Assembly: GCA_041689715.1 (NCBI GenBank) | Contig: JBDNFQ010000202.1 | Location: forward strand, 1 to 42,607 | Reading direction: 5' to 3' | DNA: 42,607 nucleotides | DNA from: Bacteroidia bacterium | GTDB lineage: Bacteria; Bacteroidota; Bacteroidia; NS11-12g; UBA9320 | In this document: positions 26,010 through 36,485 of the stretch, piece by piece | How positions within the stretch are numbered: position 1 is the first letter of the stretch | Layout: the number at the start of each line of letters is the position of its first letter | The notes under the pieces: model-generated | What the model was told of the DNA's origin: nothing | Seen by the model: only the letters and a program-made list of their open reading frames with translations | Databases searched by the model: none | Translations under genes and position numbers: made by a program

Positions 26010-27626
26010 GTCGTGCCCGTCCATATCTGAAGCGTGTATCTGTAACAAGCCAAGTATGGTAGGAGCTATATCAATAGTACCAACGGCCTTATTGTCAATC
26101 TTGGCTTCTATATCATTTCCTAAGAAAATAAGGGGAACGTGCGTGTCGTATGCATAAGGTGTGCCGTGGGTGGTTCCATTCTCCCGCATATCTATAAGAT
26201 AGTGCTCTTTAGGCAATATGCTTATGTAGTAACCATATCTAGCATCAAAGCTATTTCTCATTGCTTGAATATAATTTTTAGTACTACCTGTGTCGCTTAA
26301 TTCTTTCATAGAATAAGTTTCTTCTATATACGGCAGTTGTTTTAGCTTTTCTTGAAGCGATTTGCAAAACACATCAGTATCAATACCTTTTTCTTGTATG
26401 TAATTCAATGCTGGCTCTACTCCGTTATAATTAGCATTAGAAATAGTAGATTTATCTAGGTTAAACTCTTTTTGTAAGAGAGCATCAATAGCTGCAATAT
26501 CTGATTCATATTCTGGCCTTTCTATTCTTTTAGCGTCTACTCCCTGCTGTGCTAGCACTTCGGGAAAGTCAGCCACACCGTGGTCTGAAGTTAATATAAA
26601 TACTACATTTTCTTCGCCTACTTGTTTTTTTACGGTTTCCATAAACTCACCTAAATACTCATCTAGCTTATTGTAGTAGTCCAATATCTCGTAACTATTT
26701 GGCCCAAAATGGTGCCCTATTATGTCTGCTGCAGATAGTCCCACAGTAAGTATGTCGCAGTGTTCATCTTGCCCTAATTGAGCCTCTTCTATCAGTTTTT
26801 TGCTAAACTCTAAAACATACTTATCTCCAAAAGGGGTATGCCATAGAAATTCGCCTGCCTCGCTGCTATATATTCTCGACGGGTCCATAGTATTTACATC
26901 ATGTGGAAACCATGGGTTGAATAACCCTTTTTCCCTAGGAAAACTATCATTAGATGTATTACCAAGAACCTCAAACTTAGGGTCTAGAACCCATCCTTGA
27001 CTAATATGGGCTGCTACTACTGTGTTTGCGTTATACGTCTTGGCCCATTCTGGGAAATAGGAGGTATAATAATCTGTACTCACCATTTGCGTGCTAGCTG
27101 CATCAAACCAGAACGCACGATCTGCTAAATGACCACCCATCAGTATAGACGCTCTGTCTTTTAAGGCCACACTATAGCTCTTGCACTTGGGATTATTTTG
27201 TTTCACTATGTCACCAAAACTTGGTTTATTTAAAAGCTTAGCAGATACTAAATTGAGGGAACAGCTATCTATACCCACATAACTTACAGCACTATCTTCT
27301 ATGCTATAGTGGCTGTGGCCTAGTGCTCTGTTATACACGGTATTATTTACTATTCCATTATTACTCGGGTGACAACCAGTACTTATAGTTGCATGACCCG
27401 CAGCTGTGGTCGTGATAGCGTGTCGATGATGCGTATTATTAAGCCACAATCCATGGGTAGAAAAGTCTTTTAGTCCATATTCCAGCTGGCTGCTGAAAGT
27501 AGTTAAGTAGTCTCCTCTCATTTGATCTACGCTAATGAGCACTATTAGTTTAGGAGTTGACTTTGGTCGCTTTTGACCACAAGCTATCAATACAAAAAAA
27601 AGAGAAAGTAATATGTAATTTTTCAC
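25995..27626 (-). CDS. Alkaline phosphatase / nucleotide pyrophosphatase superfamily lipoprotein (PafA-like)
   Basis: 543 aa. Lipoprotein signal is LFFVLIACGQ. VDQMRGDYL, TTTAAGHATISTG (nucleophile Thr context), HFGP and SDHG metal-site motifs match PafA-type Bacteroidota phosphatases. GTG start. Confidence 0.8.
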   Translation of the reverse strand: MKNYILLSLFFVLIACGQKRPKSTPKLIVLISVDQMRGDYLTTFSSQLEYGLKDFSTHGLWLNNTHHRHAITTTAAGHATISTGCHPSNNGIVNNTVYNRALGHSHYSIEDSAVSYVGIDSCSLNLVSAKLLNKPSFGDIVKQNNPKCKSYSVALKDRASILMGGHLADRAFWFDAASTQMVSTDYYTSYFPEWAKTYNANTVVAAHISQGWVLDPKFEVLGNTSNDSFPREKGLFNPWFPHDVNTMDPSRIYSSEAGEFLWHTPFGDKYVLEFSKKLIEEAQLGQDEHCDILTVGLSAADIIGHHFGPNSYEILDYYNKLDEYLGEFMETVKKQVGEENVVFILTSDHGVADFPEVLAQQGVDAKRIERPEYESDIAAIDALLQKEFNLDKSTISNANYNGVEPALNYIQEKGIDTDVFCKSLQEKLKQLPYIEETYSMKELSDTGSTKNYIQAMRNSFDARYGYYISILPKEHYLIDMRENGTTHGTPYAYDTHVPLIFLGNDIEAKIDNKAVGTIDIAPTILGLLQIHASDMDGHDLFSK

Positions 27627-27732
27627 GCTACGAAGTAAGCATTCTAATGTATGCTAAGGGTAAAATTGCTAAAAAATATTCCCTTGGATAATTCTCCCTT
27701 GTTAATACTGTAAAGGTTGAGCATCTTTGCAT

Positions 27733-30027
27733 ATGCGATTAATTTGCTCTATAATATTAGTAAACTACCTTCTAGCGTCAGCTATAGCTCAACGGACGAC
27801 TAATGGGAGAGTAGTAGACCAAAATGAATTACCTATACCTCATGTAAAAATACAAGAATCTAGTAGTCAAAATATTGCCTATACAGATGATAATGGGCAA
27901 TTTACATTGCACTATTTTACTCAAGAGAGTAAAATAATATTCTCACATGCAGGATATGACACATTCAGCAGAGCCTTATCCTTTAACCAAAACACGCTTG
28001 TTTTTCTTACCGCAAAAGTTAACAATAATCCGTATCACTTAGGTTACAGCGTTGGTTTTCTAGATTTTACTAATAAAAATAAAAATAAAAATCTGCAGAA
28101 CATGCCTTATTTCTTAGGCGAGTCAGATATCAATAGGCAGTTACAAATGTTACCCGGTATAGAAGCTGGAACAGAAGGATACAGCAATCTATTTGTACGA
28201 GGTGGAGATGTAGATCAAAATTTGATGCTCTATAATGGATCACCTATCTATAACTACAATCATATTTTTGGTATATCTTCTATTTTTCATAATAGAAGTA
28301 TCAATAATACTATGGTACATAGAGGGATAGCTCCGGCAAAATATGGAGGTAGATCCTCATCAGTTATTTCTTTAGAAAGTAAAAAGACGGGCGATTATAG
28401 TGGTGTGAATGGTGAGTTTGAGATGACACCGCTCAATGCAGGATTATACATAGAAAGTATAAAGAAAGGCAAAGGGTATTTTACCATTGCAGCAAGAAGG
28501 TCTTGGATAGATTTCCTATTACCAGTAGAAAGCCGTCAAAATAATTTTAATGCTAATATTTATGATTTACAGGTAAATTTTGGCAAAGTGCTTAAAAATA
28601 AGGATCAGTTAGATTTTAGTATTCTGAATACTAGAGACTTGTACTTTTTTGCGTTTCAAATAGAGGATTCTTTAACAAATGCAGACCCTGTGACCTACGG
28701 GTTTACTCAACAATGGGGTAACTTAGTTTCTTCAGTAAAGTATACACAGCACATCAGCTCCAAAACACAAGCTCAACATTCGATACACTATTCTGGGTAC
28801 AGAAGCACACAAGCTTTAAAGCAAGAAACTTTTGATTTAAACTCATTTGCTGTGCCTACCGTAGAACGTACCTTAACTAGAGGTGTCAGAGATATTGGGT
28901 TGCATAGTAACTGGACTCATTCTCTGAGTAACACACATACATTAAACGCAGGTTTGCAAACCCAGACTAGGCTCATACTCGTAGGCAAAGATGAGTACCA
29001 AGCGTATGATTTTGTGGATTCAGCTAATAATGTAAATAGAATAACGGGTAATCAAAAGTATGATTTTACTCAAGAAATCACACTCTATGGAGAAGACAAG
29101 GTAAGACTGAATAATGATATCACGCTAGACTTAGGACTTAGAAGTACCTACTATACCTACCAAGATTTTAATACGGTTGTTTTAGAACCTAGATTACACG
29201 CTACCGCTTTACTAAAAAATAGAGACGTATTTAAGCTTGGATACAATAGACATAACCAATTTGTAAATCAACTCTCTGTAGGAGCTACCGGAGGACCAGG
29301 AAACCTTTGGGTTCCCGCTACAGAACTGGTACTTCCTCAAAAAGTGAATGTGTTAGAAGCTGGTTATGAAAAAAAAATAAAAATAGATTATTCTGTAAGC
29401 GTAAATGCATATTTGAAAACGATGGCAAACCTAACACAAGTAATAGATCTCACAGATGCTAGTGATGCTGATAAAGATTGGCAAAGTGCAGTGACTCAAG
29501 GTACAGGAAGAGCCTATGGTGTAGAGGTTCTATTGCAAAAAAGTGACGGTCCATTTACAGGATGGATTAGCTACGCTTACTCTAGAAGTACACGAAAATT
29601 TGAAGAGTTAGATGACCAAGATTTCTTATTCACCTTTGATAGACCGCATATGCTTAAGCTATATGTAAACTATACCCGAGATAAGAGTGATTGGAACTTT
29701 GGACTAAACTATGTAGTAGGTAGTGGCCAGCTCTTCACCCTTCCTATTGGTAAGTATAGAGATATAAATGGCCAGCTACAGCTAGAGTATAATGAGCTAA
29801 ATAACTATAGAAGCCCACTTTATCAGAGAGTAGATATAAGTGTAGTAAGGCTTAAAAAATACTACGGGCTAGGGCAGGAGTGGAGATTTTATCTATACAA
29901 TGCCTTAGGTGGTAGAAATCCATTATTTGTAAATGCAGACTTTACAGATAATAGCTATACTGAGTTGCAAGTAAACAGAAACTACTTAGCCTTTGTACCT
30001 GGGATCGCTTACATAATTAAATTTTAA
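27733..30027 (+). CDS. TonB-dependent receptor (carboxypeptidase-regulatory-like N-domain, plug, barrel)
   Basis: Signal peptide, GRVVDQNELPIPHVKIQ (CarbopepD_reg-like), plug motif LQMLPGIEA...LFVRGG...N..L.NG..IYN, and a C-terminal aromatic residue (...AYIIKF). ATG 27733 is preferred. Confidence 0.85.
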   Translation: MRLICSIILVNYLLASAIAQRTTNGRVVDQNELPIPHVKIQESSSQNIAYTDDNGQFTLHYFTQESKIIFSHAGYDTFSRALSFNQNTLVFLTAKVNNNPYHLGYSVGFLDFTNKNKNKNLQNMPYFLGESDINRQLQMLPGIEAGTEGYSNLFVRGGDVDQNLMLYNGSPIYNYNHIFGISSIFHNRSINNTMVHRGIAPAKYGGRSSSVISLESKKTGDYSGVNGEFEMTPLNAGLYIESIKKGKGYFTIAARRSWIDFLLPVESRQNNFNANIYDLQVNFGKVLKNKDQLDFSILNTRDLYFFAFQIEDSLTNADPVTYGFTQQWGNLVSSVKYTQHISSKTQAQHSIHYSGYRSTQALKQETFDLNSFAVPTVERTLTRGVRDIGLHSNWTHSLSNTHTLNAGLQTQTRLILVGKDEYQAYDFVDSANNVNRITGNQKYDFTQEITLYGEDKVRLNNDITLDLGLRSTYYTYQDFNTVVLEPRLHATALLKNRDVFKLGYNRHNQFVNQLSVGATGGPGNLWVPATELVLPQKVNVLEAGYEKKIKIDYSVSVNAYLKTMANLTQVIDLTDASDADKDWQSAVTQGTGRAYGVEVLLQKSDGPFTGWISYAYSRSTRKFEELDDQDFLFTFDRPHMLKLYVNYTRDKSDWNFGLNYVVGSGQLFTLPIGKYRDINGQLQLEYNELNNYRSPLYQRVDISVVRLKKYYGLGQEWRFYLYNALGGRNPLFVNADFTDNSYTELQVNRNYLAFVPGIAYIIKF
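28072..28092 (+). repeat. In-frame hexanucleotide repeat (AATAAA)x3.5 encoding NKNKNKN
   Basis: Direct reading gives aat aaa aat aaa aat aaa aat, inside the linker between the N-terminal domain and the plug of the receptor. Confidence 0.9.
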
Positions 30028-30028
30028 A

Positions 30029-30922
30029 ATGAAGATGAAAACGCAATTGAATAAAAATACAATACTATTCTTAGTTATAGGAACTTTTAGTAGTTGCTAT
30101 CAAGATACCATACGACCCACAGAACTAGTTAACTACCAAGAAAAAATGGTAATAAACGGTGTGTTCACATCAGAAACGTCACTGTCTCTGGAGCTAACAA
30201 CCAGCGAGGCATCTATAGCTAACTCGCTTCCGACTGTGATAAAAGATGCTACAATAACACTTGTACGTTCTAACACGGAGCAACAAATGGTTTATGATGT
30301 AGTTACAGAAAACTATATTTCGGCAAGTAAGTTAATATCAGATGAGTCTGTCACTGTGCGTATACAGCATCCATCACTTCCTAACTGCAATGTAGTTGTA
30401 ACAATACCAAATAACTCGGGAGCTACTGGGACTCTTACCCCAAATGGAGGTTTAGATACAGGAGGTTTGCGAGGCGATTTATTACAAGTAAGTTTCAAAG
30501 ACCAACCCAATAAAAATAATTTTTATAAGATTAATGTGTACTACAGAAATGCAACTTTAGGGCAATGGATTCCTATCAATTTTGATAAAAGGGATCCTTC
30601 GTTAGCGGAGTATAACTCTTACACTCTGAATGATGCCGGGGTTTTGTTTTCTGACGAATTGTTTAGTGGTAGTACAAAAGTACTGAGCATAGTAGCTCCT
30701 TCTGGCATAGTAGCTGGCAATAGTGGTGACAAGTACTTGATAGAACTATCCAGTATATCTGAAGATTACTTTAGTTATTTCCGCTCGCTACAGCGTGCTC
30801 AAGATGCTAAGGAAATTTCTTTTCAGGGGGGTTATAATAATGCAGTAGTGATCCACTCTAATGTGAACGGAGGTCTAGGAATACTAGGGACACAGAATAC
30901 TAGTAGTATTGTCCTAAAGTAA
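30029..30922 (+). CDS. DUF4249-family lipoprotein (usual partner of this receptor class)
   Basis: Lipobox GTFSSC. The C-terminal NVNGGLGILG motif is typical of DUF4249. It starts 1 nt after the receptor stop. Confidence 0.75.
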   Translation: MKMKTQLNKNTILFLVIGTFSSCYQDTIRPTELVNYQEKMVINGVFTSETSLSLELTTSEASIANSLPTVIKDATITLVRSNTEQQMVYDVVTENYISASKLISDESVTVRIQHPSLPNCNVVVTIPNNSGATGTLTPNGGLDTGGLRGDLLQVSFKDQPNKNNFYKINVYYRNATLGQWIPINFDKRDPSLAEYNSYTLNDAGVLFSDELFSGSTKVLSIVAPSGIVAGNSGDKYLIELSSISEDYFSYFRSLQRAQDAKEISFQGGYNNAVVIHSNVNGGLGILGTQNTSSIVLK

Positions 30923-30990
30923 AACGGTCTACTAGTCAATTTGATATTCAATATAAGATTTAAAAAAATAGCTTGCGAGCTGATTAAAGG

Positions 30991-33318
30991 ATGATACAAA
31001 AAAGATTTCTAACTGCTTGTTTATTAGTAGTTAGCATATTTCAGGGATATAGTCAGACCGGTGTAATAAGAGGTTTTGTGTACGAGGCTTCTTCAGGTGA
31101 GCCAGTGATATCTGCATTCGTCACTTTTCAAGGTGTAAGAATGGGAGCTTATACAGACGAGAAAGGTTTTTATAATGTAAGTAACTTGCCCGCAGGTACG
31201 TACGCTGCATACTCTACCTTGCAGGGATACGATACCAGTTTTGCACAAGTGATAATAAAATCGGATGTAGTTGCCCAAAACTTTTATATATCGGCTACTA
31301 GTAAGGAGCTAAAAGGAGTAAGTGTATCTGCAGAGAAACTTAGAAAAAGCAAAGAGATAAATATTTCTCAAACACGTATTAATCCCGTTCAACTTACTCG
31401 TATACCTTCTGTAGGCGGAGAGCCAGATTTAGTGCAGTATTTACAAGTGCTGCCAGGTGTAGTTTTCTCCGGAGACCAAGGTGGTCAACTCTACATAAGA
31501 GGCGGCAGTCCTGTAATGAATAGAGTAATGTTAGATGGTCTGACTATCTATAATCCATTTCATAGTATAGGTCTTTTTTCGGTTTTCGATAGTGATATAC
31601 TGCAGTCTGTTGACGTTTATTCTGCGGGTTTTAGCTCCGAGTACGGTGGTCGTATATCTGCTATCGTAGATGTAAAAACTAGAGATGGCAATAAGACTGA
31701 GTTTCATGGTAAAATTAATAGTAGTCCCTTTAATTCTAAAATACTCTTAGAAGGGCCGTTAAAGAAGTATGAAGTAGGGAAAAGCAGCAGTAGCTTTATT
31801 CTTTCGTACAAAAATTCATACCTTAATAAATCAGCTCCTGTGGTTTACCCATTTGTAAATGATGGTGTGTTACCCTACTCTTTTAGCGATTTATATGCAA
31901 AAATCGGTTTTCAGTCGGCTACAGGAAGTAATGTAGACTTTTTTGGTTTCGACTATACAGACAAGGTAGATTTTAAAGAATCTTCATCTTATGCTTGGAA
32001 ATCAAGAGGACTTGGTACTAAGTTTCTTCTTGTGCCACTTAATAGTAAGACTATAGTAGACGGTAGTATTACCTATAGTAATTATTTTATAGAGCAAAAA
32101 GAAATAGACGACCAGCCACGTTCTTCTGGAATAAATGGGTACAGCGTAAATCTTAATTTTGCTAGATTTTTTAATGGTTTAGATAAATTAAAGTATGGTT
32201 TAGAAATGAATGGTTTTAGAACCGAATTTCAGATATACAATAGTTCTAACAGAAGAATAACTCAATACGAGAATACTTCTGAAATCAATGCTTTCGTAAA
32301 CTATCTCAAAAATTTCAATAAGAAACTACTTATAGAAGGTGGTTTGAGATTGCAACGCTATGCATCTTTATCGGAGACTACTTTAGAACCAAGAGTTAGG
32401 ATGAAGTATAATTTTAACACGCGTTTTAGATTTAAGGCCTCTGCAGGATTGTATTCTCAGAATCTTATGAGTGCTGTGAGTGACAGGGATGTAGTAAACC
32501 TATTTTACGGTTTTTTGAGCGGTCCAGATGACCTTCCTAAAACATTTCTGGGTAAACCTGTAGAAAGCAAACTACAGAAAGCTAGACATGTTGTAGCAGG
32601 CTTCGAATATGACATAAATTCGATATCAGAAATTAACGTAGAGGGATACATTAAAGATTTTACTCAACTTACGAATGTAAATAGGGATAAGATCTTCGAT
32701 GACATACCAGAGAATGTAAATAGACCTAGCTATTTGGTAGAAAACTACATAGTAGAAGAAGGAGAGGCTTATGGGTATGATATTACATATAAGCTTGAGA
32801 ATAAGCAGTGGTACATTTGGACGGTTTACTCCTTTAATATTGTAAATAGATATTATGAAAAAGAAGAAAGACTGAAATATCCGACGCATTTCGATAGACG
32901 TCATAATATCAACATTGTAAATTCATATGATTTTGGCAAAGAACTAGCTTGGACAGCCAATCTGAGATGGAATTTTGGATCTGGGTTTCCGTTTACACTT
33001 ACTCAAGGGTTTTATGAAGCACTTGACTTTAGCCAAGGAGCGAGTACAAATATTACAGCAGAAAACGGGAATTTAGGTATTTATTATGATGACTTAAATA
33101 GAGGTAGACTACCATACTATCACAGACTAGATGCTAGTATTAAACGTAAATTTAAAATCAAGACTAAGAAAGAAAACGTCTTTAATAAAGCTGAAGTAAT
33201 ATTTTCGATTACTAATATATACAATCGTGAAAACATCTTCTATTTTGATAGAGTGAACTATAAGCGAGAAAATCAACTCCCGCTATTACCTTCTTTGTCA
33301 GCAAGCTTTAGTTTTTAG
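30991..33318 (+). CDS. TonB-dependent receptor (second copy, same architecture)
   Basis: GVIRGFVYEASSGEPV (CarbopepD_reg-like), plug motif LQVLPGVVF...LYIRGG...MLDGLTIYNPFH, and a C-terminal ...SASFSF. Confidence 0.85.
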   Translation: MIQKRFLTACLLVVSIFQGYSQTGVIRGFVYEASSGEPVISAFVTFQGVRMGAYTDEKGFYNVSNLPAGTYAAYSTLQGYDTSFAQVIIKSDVVAQNFYISATSKELKGVSVSAEKLRKSKEINISQTRINPVQLTRIPSVGGEPDLVQYLQVLPGVVFSGDQGGQLYIRGGSPVMNRVMLDGLTIYNPFHSIGLFSVFDSDILQSVDVYSAGFSSEYGGRISAIVDVKTRDGNKTEFHGKINSSPFNSKILLEGPLKKYEVGKSSSSFILSYKNSYLNKSAPVVYPFVNDGVLPYSFSDLYAKIGFQSATGSNVDFFGFDYTDKVDFKESSSYAWKSRGLGTKFLLVPLNSKTIVDGSITYSNYFIEQKEIDDQPRSSGINGYSVNLNFARFFNGLDKLKYGLEMNGFRTEFQIYNSSNRRITQYENTSEINAFVNYLKNFNKKLLIEGGLRLQRYASLSETTLEPRVRMKYNFNTRFRFKASAGLYSQNLMSAVSDRDVVNLFYGFLSGPDDLPKTFLGKPVESKLQKARHVVAGFEYDINSISEINVEGYIKDFTQLTNVNRDKIFDDIPENVNRPSYLVENYIVEEGEAYGYDITYKLENKQWYIWTVYSFNIVNRYYEKEERLKYPTHFDRRHNINIVNSYDFGKELAWTANLRWNFGSGFPFTLTQGFYEALDFSQGASTNITAENGNLGIYYDDLNRGRLPYYHRLDASIKRKFKIKTKKENVFNKAEVIFSITNIYNRENIFYFDRVNYKRENQLPLLPSLSASFSF

Positions 33319-33340
33319 TATACTAAGAATATTTAGAAGC

Positions 33341-33384
33341 AAAAAAAAGCCGACAAATTCTTTTTGAATTCCTCGGCTTTTTAC
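33341..33384. terminator. Bidirectional intrinsic terminator between convergent genes
   Basis: An A8 run, then stem aagccga...tcggctt with an inner aattc/gaatt extension, then a T run. Confidence 0.75.
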
Positions 33385-33399
33385 TTTATTATATTAGTT

Positions 33400-33636
33400 T
33401 TAGATCATTTCCATAGATGAAGATGAACAAGATTCTTCCAGTACTATCTGTACAGATGTAGGATTTGGTTGGTAGTTTAGCGTGTCTAGTATATCCATTT
33501 GTTGTTTTATGACAGCATATTGCTTAGCCAATGTTTCATCATTTGATACAACGTGGAGAAGCTCATTGTGCACATCGGGAGGAAGTTCATTGTAAGCTAG
33601 TAGTACAAGTTCGTTTTGAGTAATGTGTCTTATCAT
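33400..33636 (-). CDS. Hypothetical small protein (78 aa)
   Basis: Clean ORF with an ATG start and normal composition, followed by the terminator at 33341-33384. I recognise no family. Confidence 0.5.
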   Translation of the reverse strand: MIRHITQNELVLLAYNELPPDVHNELLHVVSNDETLAKQYAVIKQQMDILDTLNYQPNPTSVQIVLEESCSSSSMEMI

Positions 33637-33721
33637 ATTGGTGGTTCTTTGTTATTTTTAACGTATAACGGCCATTTCTAATATCTTAGTATATAGATCA
33701 TCCACTATCTTACTAAAGGGC

Positions 33722-34510
33722 TTAGTATCTGAGGATAAAATCTTGCTTAGGAAGTGTTTTGTCAATAAAAACATAACCAAGAAAGAATAAATCGATTGAT
33801 ATTCTGACCTTTTTATTTGCCTTTATGTTTTGCCATGCTTTTTCCATTTGGAGTGAATAGTGGATATCATCAAAAATGAAAAGGGTACTTTCAAGTGCGT
33901 GTTGCTGTAGTTGATCAAAATAACGTAATGTAGCTTCTAGCTTGTGGTTACCGTCTATATATATAATATCATACGTTTCGTTACCTAATGAGCCTAATGT
34001 AGCGTTAAAGTCACCTATGGTAGTAGTTATATTAGTATACCCTAGATGGTTCCATATAGATTGGGCTATATCTACTACGGTGGGGTCTCCTTCCATAGAG
34101 TGCACTTTTACGTGTTCATTTTGAGCTATATAAGCAGTGGTTATACCCAAAGATGTACCTAGCTCTAGTACCCTAGAAGCCTTGTAGTAATTTACAGTCT
34201 GAGATATAAGTCTGGCGTATTTTTTAGATTTAAGTGAGTTTTTGGCTAGGTCAGATACGTTCTTTCTAAATAAGTTTCCTGATTTACCAAAGTCAGTAAA
34301 GTCTATCACCTGCTTACTTGCTTTTAGTCTTTTCCGCTCGAGCTCTATCTTTCTGTTTTTAGATTTAGAAGCTCGGTCTAGCACTCCCTCCATAAATTCA
34401 AAGACCTTAGGAGAATGCACGCCGTGCTTGGTTAGACTTTTAAAACGATAAGTGATATACGAAGCAGCTATCTTTAGCTTACTATAGGGTTTGGCAGACT
34501 TTTCAGTCAT
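33722..34510 (-). CDS. Class I SAM-dependent methyltransferase (O-methyltransferase-like)
   Basis: SAM motif I is VLELGTSLGITTAYIA, with an acidic residue after strand 2 and the downstream motif IYIDGNH. Confidence 0.75.
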   Translation of the reverse strand: MTEKSAKPYSKLKIAASYITYRFKSLTKHGVHSPKVFEFMEGVLDRASKSKNRKIELERKRLKASKQVIDFTDFGKSGNLFRKNVSDLAKNSLKSKKYARLISQTVNYYKASRVLELGTSLGITTAYIAQNEHVKVHSMEGDPTVVDIAQSIWNHLGYTNITTTIGDFNATLGSLGNETYDIIYIDGNHKLEATLRYFDQLQQHALESTLFIFDDIHYSLQMEKAWQNIKANKKVRISIDLFFLGYVFIDKTLPKQDFILRY

Positions 34511-34515
34511 AGGGA

Positions 34516-36441
34516 TTACTCACTAGTAGCTATTTCTTCTGGAGATTCCGAATCCTTTGGAGCTGCAGTTTGTTCCTTTTTGGCATTACGTATGGCAACC
34601 ATTTCTTTTTTGAGCTTACTAATCAGCTTTTTGGCATTTTCTATCTTGCCCTCAAAATCCTTTAGCATTTTCTCTGCAGTCTTTGACATAGCGAAGAATG
34701 ACATATTACGCTCTATACTAGCTATCTCTTCGTTTAGCGTATCAATCTTACGTTGCACGCCACGTTCTTCGTTTTCTAGTACTTTTAAGCCATCAGGAGA
34801 CTTTTTAAGTTCTTTATAGTGTGAATCAAGGTTTGCTAGTTTAGCTTGCTCTATGTGACCGCTATATTTCTGATATACCTCACTATTAGCCTTTTCGTAG
34901 GCTTCGCTTATATTTTTTATAGATTTATGTGGTACATAGCCTATAGCACGCCATTCACCGCTTATTTTTTTAAGTGAACTGAGAGCTTCTTTATGCTCTA
35001 TGTCTTTGGTGGCTAGTTCTGTAAGTGATTTAATAAGCTCTTGTTTCTTGGTCAAATTAGCTTCTTCCTCTTCGCGTTTACCTGAGAAGGCATTATTTTT
35101 TGCATCAAAGAAGGCATCGCAAGCACTTCTGAATCTTTTCCAAATTGCTTGATTATTCTTATCTGGTACTGGGCCTATAGTTTTCCAATTGTTTTGTAGT
35201 TCAATTATTTTTTTAGTAGTGTCTCCCCAGTTTGTATCCTCTTTCAAAGCCTCTACTTTATCACAAAGGGCTTCTTTCGTTTTAAGATTTTCAGAACGTT
35301 CTCCTTGTAGCTCTTTGAAATATACCTTTCGGGCATTGTAGTAATCATTTCGGATACTATTGAAAGCTATCCAAACGGCATCTTTATTACTTTTAGGTAC
35401 GGGGCCTATTTTTTTCCACTCTTCAAATAGATCATCAAATGCTTTAGTTCTTTCATTCCACTCTTTGTTAGATTTTGGTAGTACTTCATTTAGCAATGAA
35501 GCCTTTTCTGCCAATATCTCTTTTTTCTTCAGGTGAGATTCCTTTTCAGACTCTAATTCCTCATATATCTTACGTTTAGCGTCATATACAGAGTCGCTTG
35601 CTTTCTTAAAAGCTTCCCATATCGGCTCTCTACTTTCTGCGGGTACTGGTCCAGTATTCTTAAACTCCTCGTGATATTTATTTAATAATATAAAACTACG
35701 TTTAAGTGATTTTTCACTGTGTAGCTCATCCATTTTTTTGGTTAGATCTATCTTAGCCTCAAGATTCTTTTGTCTATCAAGTTCTTTTAGTTCTATGTTA
35801 ATGCTGTGGTTATCATAAAACTTGTTTTGAAGCAAATTATATGTCTCCCAAAGTTCGGAAATACCTTCTTTGGGAAGTACACGAATATTCTTCCATTCTT
35901 TCTGAATATCTTTAACCTGTTTTATGCTTTCTAAGGTCTCATCGTTGGCAACTATTTCTTCTAATTTTTTTAATAGTTCCTTTTTTCTGTCAAAATTTTT
36001 GCGTTTTTCCGTTTCGATTCTCTCTTTTTCTTCGGCAACGGATTGCTTAATGGCTTCCTCTATTTCTTTTAATTTGAGAGCAAGAGATTCCTTTTCGAAG
36101 GTGAATGGTTCTTTTTCTTCACTCTCATCTTGCTTATATATTTCTAGAGCAGCATTCTTGGCTTCATTGAAACGTTCAAAGAAAACAGATCTTACTACGT
36201 TGAGTTTTTTTCTAGCACCTTTGGGAGTTAGAATCAGCACTGTAGCGGCTTCATCTAATAATTCTTCTAGGTTTTTGCCATCTAATAGTGCAGCATCATA
36301 AGCTACTTCTTGGTCAGAATCTGTACTAAGTTCTATACCCATTTTGCTTTCTTTGGGCTCTAAGTTCACACTTTCTACTGATAAGGACGTATTTTCTACA
36401 GTTACGTTTTCAGCGTTTTCTGACTTTAATTCTTCGTTCAT
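34516..36441 (-). CDS. DUF349-repeat protein
   Basis: 641 aa and Lys/Glu-rich, with about five repeats of W..IG.VP......W..F......F/Y. Confidence 0.8.
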   Translation of the reverse strand: MNEELKSENAENVTVENTSLSVESVNLEPKESKMGIELSTDSDQEVAYDAALLDGKNLEELLDEAATVLILTPKGARKKLNVVRSVFFERFNEAKNAALEIYKQDESEEKEPFTFEKESLALKLKEIEEAIKQSVAEEKERIETEKRKNFDRKKELLKKLEEIVANDETLESIKQVKDIQKEWKNIRVLPKEGISELWETYNLLQNKFYDNHSINIELKELDRQKNLEAKIDLTKKMDELHSEKSLKRSFILLNKYHEEFKNTGPVPAESREPIWEAFKKASDSVYDAKRKIYEELESEKESHLKKKEILAEKASLLNEVLPKSNKEWNERTKAFDDLFEEWKKIGPVPKSNKDAVWIAFNSIRNDYYNARKVYFKELQGERSENLKTKEALCDKVEALKEDTNWGDTTKKIIELQNNWKTIGPVPDKNNQAIWKRFRSACDAFFDAKNNAFSGKREEEEANLTKKQELIKSLTELATKDIEHKEALSSLKKISGEWRAIGYVPHKSIKNISEAYEKANSEVYQKYSGHIEQAKLANLDSHYKELKKSPDGLKVLENEERGVQRKIDTLNEEIASIERNMSFFAMSKTAEKMLKDFEGKIENAKKLISKLKKEMVAIRNAKKEQTAAPKDSESPEEIATSE

Positions 36442-36470
36442 TGCTAATTTTTAAAAGAGTGCAAAAATGG

Positions 36471-36478
36471 TATTTTTG
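36471..36478 (+). promoter_or_regulatory. Candidate -7 box (TATTTTTG) for the HMG-CoA lyase gene
   Basis: Exact TAnnTTTG match, with only 7 nt between the box and the ATG at 36486. Confidence 0.35.
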
Positions 36479-36485
36479 AACCGAA

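Noticed and set aside
25960-27000. Plus-strand ORFs of 65 and 66 aa (25960-26157, 26800-27000)
   Set aside because: They lie within or antisense to the phosphatase gene and have no motifs.
33942-36301. Plus-strand ORFs of 60-125 aa inside the methyltransferase and DUF349 genes
   Set aside because: They are Ser/Phe/Leu-rich antisense translations of Lys/Glu-rich coding DNA, a typical artefact.
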